Assembly: GCA_964016885.1 (NCBI GenBank)
Contig: OZ024747.1
Coordinates: forward strand, 54,126,001 to 54,190,000
DNA from: Eledone cirrhosa
Lineage: Eukaryota
Reading direction: 5' to 3'
DNA: 64,000 nucleotides
Shown here: piece by piece, positions 27,001 through 38,231 of the stretch
Numbering within the stretch: position 1 is the first letter of the stretch
How the letters are laid out: each line of letters starts with the position of its first letter
Position numbers and translations under genes: made by a program
The notes under the pieces: model-generated
Seen by the model: only the letters and a program-made list of their open reading frames with translations
Database searches by the model: none
Told to the model about the DNA's origin: nothing

Positions 27001-27513
27001 AGGTCCCTAGCCTGGCAGTGTTACCGGGGGGCTCTGCCCGTTCGAGAAAAGCTCTACAGACACGGGCGCCCGGGCAGGGATCCCGCGAAAAAGATCTGTC
27101 CCAGATGCGTGCGCGACGAGGAAACCGTTGCGCATGCACTGGTACACTGCCCGGGCGTTGCCGATCTGTGGGGCTACGTCGAACGACTGCTGTCGCGTGT
27201 GGCGCCGATTCGATTAACCGCCGAGTCTGTGGTGAACATCAAGCCGCCTCCTCCCTTCAGAAATGAAGCAGAGGCGGTCTTTCTGTGCGTAATAGCCATG
27301 ATGAAAGAGGTTGTGTGGTGGACGCGCCTGAAAGGTCTGAGGTCGGGTGACTTTCTCTCCGGCCATCACCTGGTTTACTTCTTCCGATACCACTTCGGAA
27401 GAAGAATCAGGATGGAGAGAGAAGTGCTTGGTCCCAGACAGTTTTATGAAAGGTGGGTGAAAGAAGCGAGAATGGCCCGTGTAAATGGGCCTTCTCTCTA
27501 CATTGTTCTGTAG
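24085..27513 (+). CDS. LINE ORF2: APE endonuclease + reverse transcriptase + C-terminal CCHC, intact, 1142 aa
   Basis: EN motifs CLNARG, LYAP, GDWN, LDRF, SDHK. RT motifs KSPGLDG, NFRPITLLN, DQSKAFDRV, RQGCPLS, YADD. C-terminal CPRC...H...C. Starts at TTG. Confidence 0.96.
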   Translation: MRVGCLNARGLSSAWKQAKLLSDLRSQSIDVMVVCESRISSVRQLAPAFDDFEMHTSLCQPGGGGGVAVLLDKRLTLDVQIVHSDPGGRLLVLDVGGGEGGAFRLVGLYAPFGAERADFFQRLETFLGTSRSLLLVGDWNGILDARWDYAGACPDRGGCSSLKGLLDRFDLVDRFRLDCPTAPTWTWANRSGQSRSYLDRFLVRSKDRDVFSCPELIMVGYSDHKLVTCMVNLDRTHRQGPGYWKMNLSLPTKKDYRNRISSLVKMRLTGAIVNSRWWISLKREIRVSSIGYSKELAANRNRRERELTDKLEEAIRSGDVARVLATRTALSQFFDTKHEGCVVRSKIRALGNEGTKAVSWARVTEAKSGIKSTIRSLRDQDGRVILEPERMCETFQRHFARLFGGGGGPDGDVDFGPYLDGLPRLSSGEAECCEGPITATEIGEALSQCSRRKSPGLDGLPYELYLAMPVLFSELLEAVYCNWQQNGRIPCSVTKGVVTLVRKDESKGDDLSNFRPITLLNAELQILAKVLAKRLALVVGGLVGDAQTCAIPSRSIHDNLHLMRYIIERVGYEPGFGGALINLDQSKAFDRVDHGYLDAVLAAAGFGPVFRGWISAMHSGNIYSRIKVNGYLSEPFQITRSIRQGCPLSSLLYVLTLEPLLRKLELLRGIPLEPGLHKAVSAYADDVTVMVADASEIGAIATLLEEYERLTGAKLNQDKSVGLQLGTWRGKPMPLDGVVGRWTEGPVKLLGVWFGPDLQVEKNWGEVTSRVFALTQKWAKCKLSLKGRAEVTNAYIASVIYYRLTVVPCPKEKLTIMERMLFQFLWKKRPPMVRRSICCQHPSKGGLGMPWLLMRRHALRLRHLQVFLNGQPVWAPFVRRAFPQLVSLTELQSWVKQRPRKLGNWHTECAQALTAIWQADPTVSGESTSTFYRGLVASRGDDTLGESLGMEEDELASLFGRTFGPGPMDNFQRSLAWQCYRGALPVREKLYRHGRPGRDPAKKICPRCVRDEETVAHALVHCPGVADLWGYVERLLSRVAPIRLTAESVVNIKPPPPFRNEAEAVFLCVIAMMKEVVWWTRLKGLRSGDFLSGHHLVYFFRYHFGRRIRMEREVLGPRQFYERWVKEARMARVNGPSLYIVL

Positions 27514-27968
27514 GTGAAGAAGTGAAGAGGAAAGGGGGAGCGCCTCCTCTCTGGGCTTCCCCCGCGAAAAGAGTTGCACACTTTTCGGGGGTATGTGCAA
27601 TCCCCAACACGCCCCCTCCCTTTTGAGGACTTTTTATTGTTATATTATTATTGTTATTCCTTTTTTCTTTACTCGATTTATGTAAACTCCCCCACTGTGT
27701 AAATGTCCCCTTCTTTTGTGCCCTCGTGGCAAATAAATAGAAATTTATCTATCTATCTATCTATCTTGATAGAGTAAGACACGCTTCGCATCGGCTCCGC
27801 TATTCCATCGGGATTTACCCTTACTATTGTAAGTACCGGATAAATTTTTTAGTGCAACACATTTGGAACACTAACGCCTGTTATTTAGGGAAACATTTTT
27901 GCATTTACCCCCTTTTTAGGGGGTAAAATAAATATCTATTTTTGCCGAAAAATTTCTTTCTTGGCAGC

Positions 27969-29805
27969 ATGGCGGAAAAGATGGCAGACATGTCTGCCAT
28001 TAGCTCTGCCACGCCCCCCAAGTCTGAAGAACAAAAAATAATTACAACAAAATTAGACATTGAAACAAACAAAGAAAATGAAAAAACAAATGTTAAGGAA
28101 AATGAGCAAACAGAAAACAAACAAACAGAAAATAATACAAATAACGACAGGGCAACTTTCGCCCAGAAAACAAAACAATCCATTACATACACACCAATTG
28201 ACCTAACTGCCGCCAGAGAAAAACTGGCCGAAGCAAAGAAACACATTGTTTTGGGGGAGAACGGAATGTTTTCCATTAACTCCCCCCCCCAGAATTCAAG
28301 AAAGCCAGAGCAGAAAACACAGTTCTCTACAGAACTATACTGAACCAGACAAGAAAGCCAGCACAGCCCAGCCAAATGGAAATAGAGTTAGTCCTAAAAG
28401 ACTATATGAAGAATATTCTCTTCATACGAAAGGACCGACTCTATGGCAGCATTTCGGTCCTAACAAGAGACAAAGAAACGGCGGAGAAGCTTTCCCTAAG
28501 CCCACTCTCGTCGACAACATATAGCTTCTATCCCTCCTACATGGGTAGAAGAACACAGAGAGTAAAAGTAAAAACAATGCTGCCCACAATGGACTTCTGG
28601 TGGGCTATTGCTGGCTTCATTGATATGGGCGAAGACACAATGCTGTCAATGGGGAAGGCAACTGGAGATGCGTTCCTGGGAATGGGCCTCGACATACTAG
28701 TCCAAATGAGGCCCGAAAGAATAGCACAAATCCCGGATCGCATCTGGCTGGATGACCTTACCCCAATAGACATAATTGTAGAGGGGAGAAGACCAGCATG
28801 CTATTTATGCATGGAAAGGGGACACGTTAAGGCTAACTGCCCGAAACGTATCCCCCAAAAAGGACTATTGCCCACACCCACCACAAACAGTACACCAACA
28901 CCACCCACCTCCAAAAATACACTAATACCACACACAGCAAACAAAATACAGACACCACCAACCACAACACAACACAAACATCACCACCACCAGCACCAAA
29001 CACAAGCACGACACAAAAATCACCACCAACAACCACAACACAAACATCACCACCACCATCACCAACCACAAGCACGACACAAACATTACCACCACCACCA
29101 CAAAACCCATTCCAAACAAATAATAAAAAAAACAGTAACAAATCTACCCCTCCCGCAAAAAAAAAAACAACCACACAACACGTCCCACCCACCTAGCGCT
29201 GAAGAGTTTCCCCCAACTTCTGAAGAAGAAGGAGGAGAAGCCTTCAGACAAGTTAAAAGAAAAAAAAGAAAACACACACCCAGCACACCACAAATAACCC
29301 ACACACAAACACCAACTCCAATCAAAAACACCCCACCCTCAACAAACAAAAATAAATCTGCGCCTCCCCTCTCCGAAACATTGACAGCATCACAAAAAAA
29401 GACGTTGCAATACACATATATAAATAAAGAAAACAAAAAACTGGTTAAATTAATAAACAATAACCCTATGGTGCAGACCGAAGGGCCAAACTTTATCTCA
29501 ACAGAGAACTTCACCCATTTAAAAATGATAAAGGTCCCTCTGGACCTTTATCGTTCCTTAAAAGAACAATTTAGACGGGACGTGAGCCCCCCCTGTTTAA
29601 AACCGTTGAATCGCGTCCTCTTGAAAGATTTCCCCATAACCGCCCCTCTCCCTGACACAACTCCAAATACCCCAACCCCACCACACACGTGTACCCCACC
29701 ACACCACCACAAAACATCCCTCCACCCAACACACCTGATGCCATGGAAATTACGCAACCCGGAGAGGTAAGTGCTTTTCTTTCTTCACTTTCAACACCAA
29801 AATAG
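27969..29805 (+). pseudogene. ORF1 of copy 2, broken by homopolymer/repeat indels (real or sequencing error)
   Basis: C-run near 28282 has 9 C versus 7 in copy 1; further indels near 28965, 29100, 29160 and 29700; split into 133-aa and 464-aa ORFs. Confidence 0.8.
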
Positions 29806-29810
29806 ATCAA

Positions 29811-32800
29811 TTGAGAGTTGGCTGTTTGAACGCGCGTGGCCTGGGCTCAGCTTGGAAGCAAGCAAAGCTTCTAAGTGACCTCAGGTCACAAAGTATAAAT
29901 GTGATGGTTGTTTGCGAGAGTCGGATCAGCAGCGTGAGACAGCTGGCGCCCGCCTTCGATGACTTTGAGATGCACGCATCTCTCTGTCAACCCGGAGGCG
30001 GGGGGGGGGGGGGAGTTGCCGTACTGCTGGATAAACGTCTGACTCTCGACGTACAGATTGTTCACTCGGACCCGGGGGGTCGATTACTGGTGCTGGACGT
30101 CGGAGGCGGTGAAGGCGGGGCTTTCAGACTGGTCGGTCTTTATGCTCCCTTCGGGGCGGAAAGAGCCGACTTCTTCCAGCGTCTGGAGACTTTTCTAGGA
30201 ACGTCGCGTTCCCTGCTTTTAGTGGGGGACTGGAATGGAATCCTAGATGCGCGGTGGGACTATGCAGGGGCATGTTTCGATAGAGGGGGCTGTAGCAGCC
30301 TCAAGGGGTTACTCGATCGATTCGACCTGGTCGATAGATTTCGACTAGATTGTCCAACTGCGCCAACCTGGACCTGGGCAAACCGCAGTGGACAATCTAG
30401 ATCGTACCTAGATAGGTTTTTGGTTAGGAGTAAGGATAGGGACGTATTTAGTTGTCCAGAACTGATCATGGTTGGCTATTCAGATCACAAATTAGTGACC
30501 TGCGTGGTCAACCTTGATAGAACGCATAGACAGGGTCCCGGTTACTGGAAGATGAACTTGTCCTTACCGACAAAGAAAGATTACAGAAACCGGATTAGTA
30601 GCTTAGTTAAGATGCGGTTGACGGGAGCGATCGTCAACAGTAGGTGGTGGATATCTCTAAAGAGAGAGATTAGAGTAAGTTCGATAGGTTACAGTAAGGA
30701 ACTAGCGGCGAATAGAAATAGGAGGGAAAGGGAGTTAACAGATAAACTAGAAGAGGCGATTAGGAGCGGAGACGTAGCCAGAGTGTTAGCGACGAGAACG
30801 GCATTGAGCCAGTTCTTTGACGCGAAGCACGAAGGCTGCGTTGTCCGAAGTAAAATACGTGCTTTAGGAAACGAGGGGACCAAAGCTGTTAGCTGGGCCC
30901 GCGTGACAGAAGCCAATAGTGGGATTAAATCCACCATTCGGTCTTTGCGAGACCAGGATGGACGGGTGATCCTTGAACCTGAGCGAATGTGCGAGACCTT
31001 TCAAAGGCACTTTGCTCGACTGTTCGGAGGTGGCGGGGGGCCGGACGGGGATGTGGACTTCGGTCCATACCTCGACGGTCTACCGCGTCTTTCGAGCGGC
31101 GAAGCGGAGTGCTGCGAAAGGCCAATCACAGCCACTGAAATCGGGGAAGCGCTCAGCCAATGCAGCAGACGCAAATCCCCGGGTCTCGATGGTCTACCAT
31201 ACGAACTTTATTTAGCTATGCCGGTCTTGTTCTCCGAACTCCTCGAGGCTGTCTATTGCAACTGGCAACAGAACGGGAGAATTCCCTGTTCTGTGACCAA
31301 GGGCGTGGTCACGCTAGTGAGGAAGGACGAGAGCAAGGGGGACGACTTAAGTAACTTTAGGCCCATAACTCTGCTGAATGCAGAGTTACAGATTTTGGCC
31401 AAGGTGTTGGCGAAGAGGTTGGCGCTTGTGGTGGGTGGTTTGGTGGGAGACGCGCAGACATGCGCTATCCCGTCCAGGTCCATTCACGACAACCTCCACC
31501 TCATGCGATACATCATAGAGAGGGTTGGCTACGAACCCGGCTTTGGTGGGGCCCTGATCAACTTGGATCAATCTAAGGCGTTCGATAGGGTCGACCATGG
31601 TTACCTGGATGCGGTGCTAGCGGCGGAGGGCTTCGGACCCGTTTTCAGGGGCTGGATTTCTGCCATGCACAGTGGCAACATCTACTCTAGGATTAAAGTA
31701 AACGGCTACCTCTCGGAGCCGTTTCAAATCACCCGATCCATCAGACAGGGGTGCCCCCTCTCCTCCCTTCTGTACGTATTGACTCTCGAGCCACTGCTGC
31801 GGAAGTTGGAGTTGCTGCGGAGCATACCCCTGGAACCGGGATTGCACAAAGCGGTCTCGGCCTATGCCGACGACGTAACAGTAATGGTGGCGGACGCCTC
31901 GGAAATCGGGGCGATCGCCACCCTACTGGAGGAATACGAAAGGCTGACGGGGGCTAAGCTGAACCAGGACAAGTCAGTCGGTTTGCAACTCGGAACGTGG
32001 AGGGGCAAACCGATGCCGTTAGACGGTGTCGTCGGGCGGTGGACGGAGGGCCCGGTGAAGCTGCTCGGGGTCTGGTTCAGACCGGACCTCCAGGTGGAGA
32101 AGAATTGGGGCGAGGTGACGAGCAGGGTGTTTGCGCTGACCCAGAAGTGGGCCAAGTGCAAACTATCACTGAAAGGTCGGGCGGAGGTGACGAACGCTTA
32201 CATAGCGTCCGTCATCTACTACCGCCTGACCGTCGTGCCTTGCCCCAAGGAAAAGCTCACCATCATGGAACGCATGCTCTTCCAGTTCCTCTGGAAGAAG
32301 CGGCCTCCCATGGTGAGGAGATCCATCTGCTGCCAGCACCCTTCGAAAGGAGGGCTGGGTATGCCGTGGATGTTGATGCGTAGGCACGCATTGAGGCTAC
32401 GGCATCTACAGGTATTCCTCAACGGTCAGCCGGTGTGGGCCCCGTTTGTGAGGCGAGCCTTCCCACAGCTCGTCTCGCTCACCGAACTGCAATCCTGGGT
32501 GAAGCAAAGACCGAGAAAACTGGGCAACTGGCACACTGAGTGTGCCCAGGCGCTCACGGCTATCTGGCAAGCGGACCCGACTGTCAGTGGAGAATCCACC
32601 TCGACATTCTATAGAGGGTTGGTGGCTAGCAGGGGCGACGACACCCTTGGAGAGTCGCTAGGCATGGAGGAGGACGAACTGGCCAGCCTGTTCGGTAGAA
32701 CTTTCGGCCCGGGACCCATGGACAACTTCCAGAGGTCCCTAGCCTGGCAGTGTTACCGGGGGGCTCTGCCCGTTCGAGAAAAACTCTACAGACACGGGCG

Positions 32801-33245
32801 CCCGGGCAGGGATCCCGCGAAAAAGATCTGTCCCAGATGCGTGCGCGACGAGGAAACCGTTGCGCATGCACTGGTACACTGCCCGGGCGTTGCCGATCTG
32901 TGGGGCTACGTCGAACGACTGCTGTCGCGTGTGGCGCCGATTCGATTAACCGCCGAGTCTGTGGTGAACATCAAGCCGCCTCCTCCCTTCAGAAATGAAG
33001 CAGAGGCGGTCTTTCTGTGCGTAATAGCCATGATGAAAGAGGTTGTGTGGTGGACGCGCCTGAAAGGTCTGAGGTCGGGTGACTTTCTCTCCGGCCATCA
33101 CCTGGTTTACTTCTTCCGATACCACTTCGGAAGAAGAATCAGGATGGAGAGAGAAGTGCTTGGTCCCAGACAGTTTTATGAAAGGTGGGTGAAAGAAGCG
33201 AGAATGGCCCGTGTAAATGGGCCTTCTCTCTACATTGTTCTGTAG
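29811..33245 (+). CDS. LINE ORF2 of copy 2, intact, 1144 aa
   Basis: Same motifs as copy 1; differs by about 12 substitutions and a 2-Gly insertion in the supplied translations. Confidence 0.96.
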   Translation: MRVGCLNARGLGSAWKQAKLLSDLRSQSINVMVVCESRISSVRQLAPAFDDFEMHASLCQPGGGGGGGVAVLLDKRLTLDVQIVHSDPGGRLLVLDVGGGEGGAFRLVGLYAPFGAERADFFQRLETFLGTSRSLLLVGDWNGILDARWDYAGACFDRGGCSSLKGLLDRFDLVDRFRLDCPTAPTWTWANRSGQSRSYLDRFLVRSKDRDVFSCPELIMVGYSDHKLVTCVVNLDRTHRQGPGYWKMNLSLPTKKDYRNRISSLVKMRLTGAIVNSRWWISLKREIRVSSIGYSKELAANRNRRERELTDKLEEAIRSGDVARVLATRTALSQFFDAKHEGCVVRSKIRALGNEGTKAVSWARVTEANSGIKSTIRSLRDQDGRVILEPERMCETFQRHFARLFGGGGGPDGDVDFGPYLDGLPRLSSGEAECCERPITATEIGEALSQCSRRKSPGLDGLPYELYLAMPVLFSELLEAVYCNWQQNGRIPCSVTKGVVTLVRKDESKGDDLSNFRPITLLNAELQILAKVLAKRLALVVGGLVGDAQTCAIPSRSIHDNLHLMRYIIERVGYEPGFGGALINLDQSKAFDRVDHGYLDAVLAAEGFGPVFRGWISAMHSGNIYSRIKVNGYLSEPFQITRSIRQGCPLSSLLYVLTLEPLLRKLELLRSIPLEPGLHKAVSAYADDVTVMVADASEIGAIATLLEEYERLTGAKLNQDKSVGLQLGTWRGKPMPLDGVVGRWTEGPVKLLGVWFRPDLQVEKNWGEVTSRVFALTQKWAKCKLSLKGRAEVTNAYIASVIYYRLTVVPCPKEKLTIMERMLFQFLWKKRPPMVRRSICCQHPSKGGLGMPWMLMRRHALRLRHLQVFLNGQPVWAPFVRRAFPQLVSLTELQSWVKQRPRKLGNWHTECAQALTAIWQADPTVSGESTSTFYRGLVASRGDDTLGESLGMEEDELASLFGRTFGPGPMDNFQRSLAWQCYRGALPVREKLYRHGRPGRDPAKKICPRCVRDEETVAHALVHCPGVADLWGYVERLLSRVAPIRLTAESVVNIKPPPPFRNEAEAVFLCVIAMMKEVVWWTRLKGLRSGDFLSGHHLVYFFRYHFGRRIRMEREVLGPRQFYERWVKEARMARVNGPSLYIVL

Positions 33246-33477
33246 GTGAAGAAGTGAAGAGGAAAGGGGGGAGCGCCTCCTCTCTGGGCTTCCCCCGCGA
33301 AAAGAGTTGCACACTTTTCGGGGGTATGTGCAATCCCCAACACGCCCCCTCCCTTTTGAGGACTTTTTATTGTTATATTATTATTGTTATTCCTTTTTTC
33401 TTTACTCGATTTATGTAAACTCCCCCACTGTGTAAATGTCCCCTTCTTTTGTGCCCTCGTGGCAAATAAATAGAAAT

Positions 33478-33524
<47 letters not shown>

Positions 33525-35404
33525 ATATCCACCCATCCATCTATCCATCATTAAAATATTTTAAGTGATAATATAAATCAACACCATCACCGTTATTTCT
33601 CACAACCAACCAACACCCCACCCTTCTACCCTCGTCACTTCCCTATCTTCAACCTTTTCTTCACCCATCTTCTTTCCCACAATCCAGCCTCACTTTTACC
33701 CTACAGCAGCATCCAGCATCTTATCCAACAAGAGAGCTTACCATCGTCCCACCCTACCCAGCTTCCAGTGTTGTTGATGTCACTAAGAACAACTAACTAC
33801 CAATTTCTGAGAATAAAGAATGGAATCCTACCGTCCTTTCCCCATTCTCCGCCACCTTTACCCAACTCAGACCCCTCAAACACCACCCTACCATACACCA
33901 TCAACTTTAGTATTGTACTGAGTGATGATGGGCAGAGGATGGGTCCGGTTAGATTTTAAAATGTTAGAGAGGTTCAGACATAGATGGTGGTAGATGTGGT
34001 CGGGTCGGCGTGTTGGCGATGATTAGTTGTGTTGGTAGTGGTGGTGTGGGTGGTAGTTGTTGAGATGGTGTTTGTGCTATTGACGGGGAGGTGCTACAGC
34101 TGATGGTGGTGCAGGTGGTGTTGGTGGTAGGTGTATGTTGAGAGCTAGTGTAATGAAGTGTGTTGGTGTGGTGCGGAGCAGAAATGGGTGGTGGCCACCA
34201 CCAGTGAAATAACCATTAAGATTTTTATCTGGGCAAATGTCAGTTTTATATATATTAATTAGTCATTATACATCTCCTGTTGTCGTTTCGCCTCCCCCCC
34301 CCCTCTACGTTATTATCATCATCGCTATCATTATCATCATCATTATCATCATTAATATTATATTTATTATTATTGTTATTATTACTAGTTTTGCTACCAT
34401 TATTATTGTTATTCCTATTTTTATAGTTGATGTTATTTTTATTATTATTATATTGTAATAAATATATTATTGTTATCATTATTATTATATAAATAATTTA
34501 TTATTGCTATTTTAAATTATTATTATTATCATTATAATAAAATAAATAAATTATTAATATAATTATTTGTTGTTTATTATTGTTGTTGCTGATGTTGTTA
34601 TCCATGTTATTTTATTTTTACCAATTTGGAACTATTGATTTGTTTTATTTTCCCTTTTTGTTTAATTTTTGAAATATTTTAAACTCGTTATTTATGTTTT
34701 TCTAATCTTGTTATTTGTTACATTATTTTGTTTAATGCTTACGTCGCCATTTTCTTTTCTTAGCATCCTCTTTAGCATCCATTTTTTTGTTGTTTTCCGC
34801 AAAATTATGTATTTATATTTTTAGATGTTACTATATATTGCTTCTTACTTATTTTTTGGTTTATTTATTTTATTATTTTTGCAACAATGTGAAAATTCAA
34901 TTTCTGAAAAGCAATTTTCACGAATGTTTAAAAGAAAAACATTCACAACAACAACAACAACAACAACTGTCAACAACAATAAAAATAATAATAATGATAA
35001 TAATAATAAAAAAGACAGTGTAATAACAATGGTAACTATAGCCAGCCCCACGACCAGCCACAACATCACCACCAGTTCCACCAGCAGCACTACCAACATC
35101 CCTGCCACCACCAACACAACAACAACAACAAATTTAATGGCAACAATAAACATAATAATAAACTTATTATTATTGTAATTTAAGTGTATATAAGTGGGTG
35201 CGAGTTAGTTTCTACATGTATATGTATATAGACATGTATGTGTTGTGTATGTATGTATGTGTTGTATGTATGTATGTGTGTGTCGTGTATATATGTATGT
35301 ATGTATGTATGTGTTATGTATGTGTTGTGTATGTATGTATGTATGTGTTGTGTATGTATATGTGTGTGGAGTATGACGCGAGGAATATGTTTGTTTGAGA
35401 GAGA

Positions 35405-35920
35405 ATGTGTGCGTATGTGTAAATGAGTATTTATATATGTATGTATGTGTGCGTATGTGCAAATGAGTATTTATATATGTATGTATGTGTGCGTATGTGT
35501 AAATGAGTATTTATATATGTACGTGTGCGTATGTGCAAATGAGTGTTTATATATGTATGTATGTGTGCGTATGTGTAAATGAGTGTTTATATATGTATGT
35601 GTGGTGTTTATTATGTGTATTTGAGTGTTTATATATGTATGTATGTGTGCGTATGTGTAAATGAGTGTTTATATATGTATGTATGTCTGCGTATGTGTAA
35701 ATGAGTATTTATATATGTATGTATGTGTGCGTATGTGTATTTGGGTGTTTATATATGTATGTATGTGTGCGTATGTGTAAATGAGTGTTTATATATGAAT
35801 GCATGTGTGCGTATGTGCAAATGAGTATTTATATATGAATGCATGTGTGCGTATGTGTAAATGAGTGTTTATATATGTATGTGTGTGTGCGTATGTGTAA
35901 ACGAGTGTTTATATATGTGT
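35405..35920. repeat. 40-bp minisatellite (GTGTGCGTATGTGTAAATGAGTATTTATATATGTATGTAT)n, about 13 copies
   Basis: Unit read directly. Confidence 0.9.
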
Positions 35921-36059
35921 GTGTGGTGTTTATTATGTGGTGTGATTCAGAGTGTGTATGATATATTTTCTAAATGTAAAAGTTTGTTACTAAATTAATA
36001 AGAGGTGATGATGTCTAAAGTGATGACCTCCAACACACATAAAACAGCCTCCTCGCTGC

Positions 36060-36094
<35 letters not shown>

Positions 36095-36149
36095 CTGTTG
36101 TTGCCTACGATGATGATGATAATAATAGATAGGGGGGAGGAGTGGTGTT

Positions 36150-36465
36150 ATCATGATAATGGCAATCATGAGGGTGATGATAGTTATGATGCTGGTGATG
36201 ATGATGGCGATGAAGATGAAGAGGAAGTTCATGATGATGATAATGATGATGATGATGATGATGATGATGAGGATGATGATGATGGTGATGGTGATGATGA
36301 CGGTGATGATGATGATGACGGTGATGATTATGATGACGATGATGATGATGACGATGATGGCAATGACGATGATGATGGTGATGATGATGGTGATGATGAC
36401 GGTGATGATGATGATGACGATGATGGCGGCGATGATGATGATGCTGATGGCAATGACGATGATGG

Positions 36466-36503
<38 letters not shown>

Positions 36504-36820
36504 GCGATGACGATGACGATGATGGCGATGACGATGCAGTTGCAGATGATGATCGTGATAATGATGAAGGTGATGATTATGATGACGATAGTAATAACGA
36601 TGATGGTGATGATTACGATGACGATGGTGATGATGATAACGATGATGGTGATGATAAGAACACCGACGACGATGACAATGACGATGACAATGACGATGAC
36701 AATGACGATGACAATGACGATGACAATGACGATGACAATGACGATGACAATAACGATGACAATGACGATGACAATGACGATGACAATGACGATGACAATG
36801 ACGATGATAATCATGATAAA
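36150..36820. repeat. Degenerate (GAT)n tract ending in a (GACAATGACGAT)n 12-mer array
   Basis: Seen directly; it explains the poly-D, poly-M and poly-I ORFs. Confidence 0.9.
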
Positions 36821-36926
36821 TATTTTAAAATTTTATTTCTTGAGATGGTTACAACATTTACAATGTTGTTGATGATGATGTCTTTACACGTGGTCAGACT
36901 GTTGTAAATGGTACTAGTAATATTTG

Positions 36927-37108
36927 TTTCTACTTTTGGCACAAGGCCAGCAATAACCCAGTGCATTACTGGTACTTTATTTTATCGACCCCGTAAGGAT
37001 GAAAGGCAAAGTTAACCTTGGCGGGATTTGAACTCAGAATAGCAAGGGCCGTAACTCTATGCGTCAAAGCATGGCGTCCGACCCTCTACCGATACTGCCA
37101 ATCCACCG
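36927..37108 (-). mobile_element. tRNA-derived SINE (octopus-type family A)
   Basis: Minus strand: A-box-like CGGTGGATTGGCAG, B-box-like GAGTTCAAATCC, body TTTGCCTTTCATCCTTACGGGGTCGATAAAATAAAGTACCAG. Shared with the copies at 42068, 44720 and 46951. Confidence 0.75.
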
Positions 37109-37648
37109 TACTACTAATATTGATATGTTTTGCTGTTTAACCCTAGGTCATTTGCTTAAGCCATCTCAGGCCACAGCCAGCCTTGAATGTTTACTAAGTG
37201 TAAAGACATTTTGACTACGATATATCGCATAACACTTTCTAAGATTTTAAGGTTGAATTTGAGAGCCGATTGACTGTTATTTTATACAGCTCAAGCAACT
37301 AAGTAGAGGGTCCTGGGACCCTTTTTGGCTGGAACTCTCATGTAGTCTAGGGATTTTCTTGTTATTTTGTTGTTCGTGGCATCCGTATTTTTAGTCTGTT
37401 ATATGGGAAATTGTTGTGGTATTACACACACTCTCACACACACACGCACCCTCACACACATACACGCACCCTCACACACACAGACGCACCCTCACACACA
37501 CACACCACACGTACCCCCCCCCCACGCACCCTCACACACACAGACGCACCCTCACGCACACAGATACACATATGTAAATATGTATATATGTATATATGTA
37601 CGTATGTAATATGTATATGGTTATGTATGTATGCATAAGTGAATGTAT

Positions 37649-37778
37649 CCTGATGATTTCTCCCGAATGAAACAGTTCTAGTCCCGTAGAAGCCTTTTCT
37701 ATATTAAACATTTATACTCTGCTTTGTATTGAGTACCTTACTTACTGTGGTTACCTCCGATTCAACCCGGGATAAACT

Positions 37779-37779
<1 letters not shown>
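37649..37779 (+). mobile_element. 5'-truncated hammerhead-bearing element ending at (TA)n
   Basis: CTGATGA-TTTCTCCCGAAT-GAAA-CAG...CCG-TA-GAAGC; homologous to 40712-40775; truncated within helix I. Confidence 0.65.
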
Positions 37780-37833
<54 letters not shown>

Positions 37834-37875
37834 CTTCAAAATATTAATAAATATAGACATTCATGTGATCAAATA

Positions 37876-37941
37876 TATTTTATTATACATATTTCAGAGG
37901 TACTGAGCTATTTCAACAGTACATCCTCATCAGATAAAATA
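37876..37941 (-). ncRNA. Minimal type I hammerhead ribozyme motif within (TA)n-embedded element 37831-37999
   Basis: Minus strand: TATTTTAT-CTGATGA-GGATGTACTG..CAGTACCTCT-GAAA-T-ATGT-A-TA-ATAAAATA. Confidence 0.8.
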
Positions 37942-37995
37942 AATTGTTGTCTGTGTTGATGGTTATAATTCAATGATGGCAGTTATATATATGGC

Positions 37996-38068
<73 letters not shown>

Positions 38069-38191
38069 CATGTGTGTGGTTCTGTATCCAAACTTGATGA
38101 ATATAAGGATGATTTTAAGGAAATGGTGATTATATGTTTGAGTTGAAACTCGATGATTATTATAAAGATGTCAGTGTGACATGTGGATGAC

Positions 38192-38231
<40 letters not shown>

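Larger units (their letters stand above)
22041..27746 (+). mobile_element. Full-length L1/Tx1-clade non-LTR retrotransposon, copy 1 (~5.7 kb)
   Basis: 5' UTR, ORF1, ORF2 and 3' UTR ending AATAAATAGAAATTT. Boundaries defined by identity with copy 2 and by the (ATCT)n flanks. Confidence 0.96.
27767..33479 (+). mobile_element. Full-length L1/Tx1-clade LINE, copy 2, head-to-tail with copy 1
   Basis: Near-identical to 22041-27746; separated from it by (ATCT)5 at 27747-27766; followed by (ATCT)11 at 33480-33523. Confidence 0.96.

Noticed and set aside
24528-33418. Short antisense and alternative-frame ORFs inside the LINE ORF2s
   Set aside because: Expected shadows of a GC-rich coding region; duplicated only because the element is duplicated.
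36005-36907. Asp-rich 300-aa ORF (acidic biomineralisation-like protein)
   Set aside because: Overlapping open frames on both strands are all explained by (GAT)n; no independent gene evidence.
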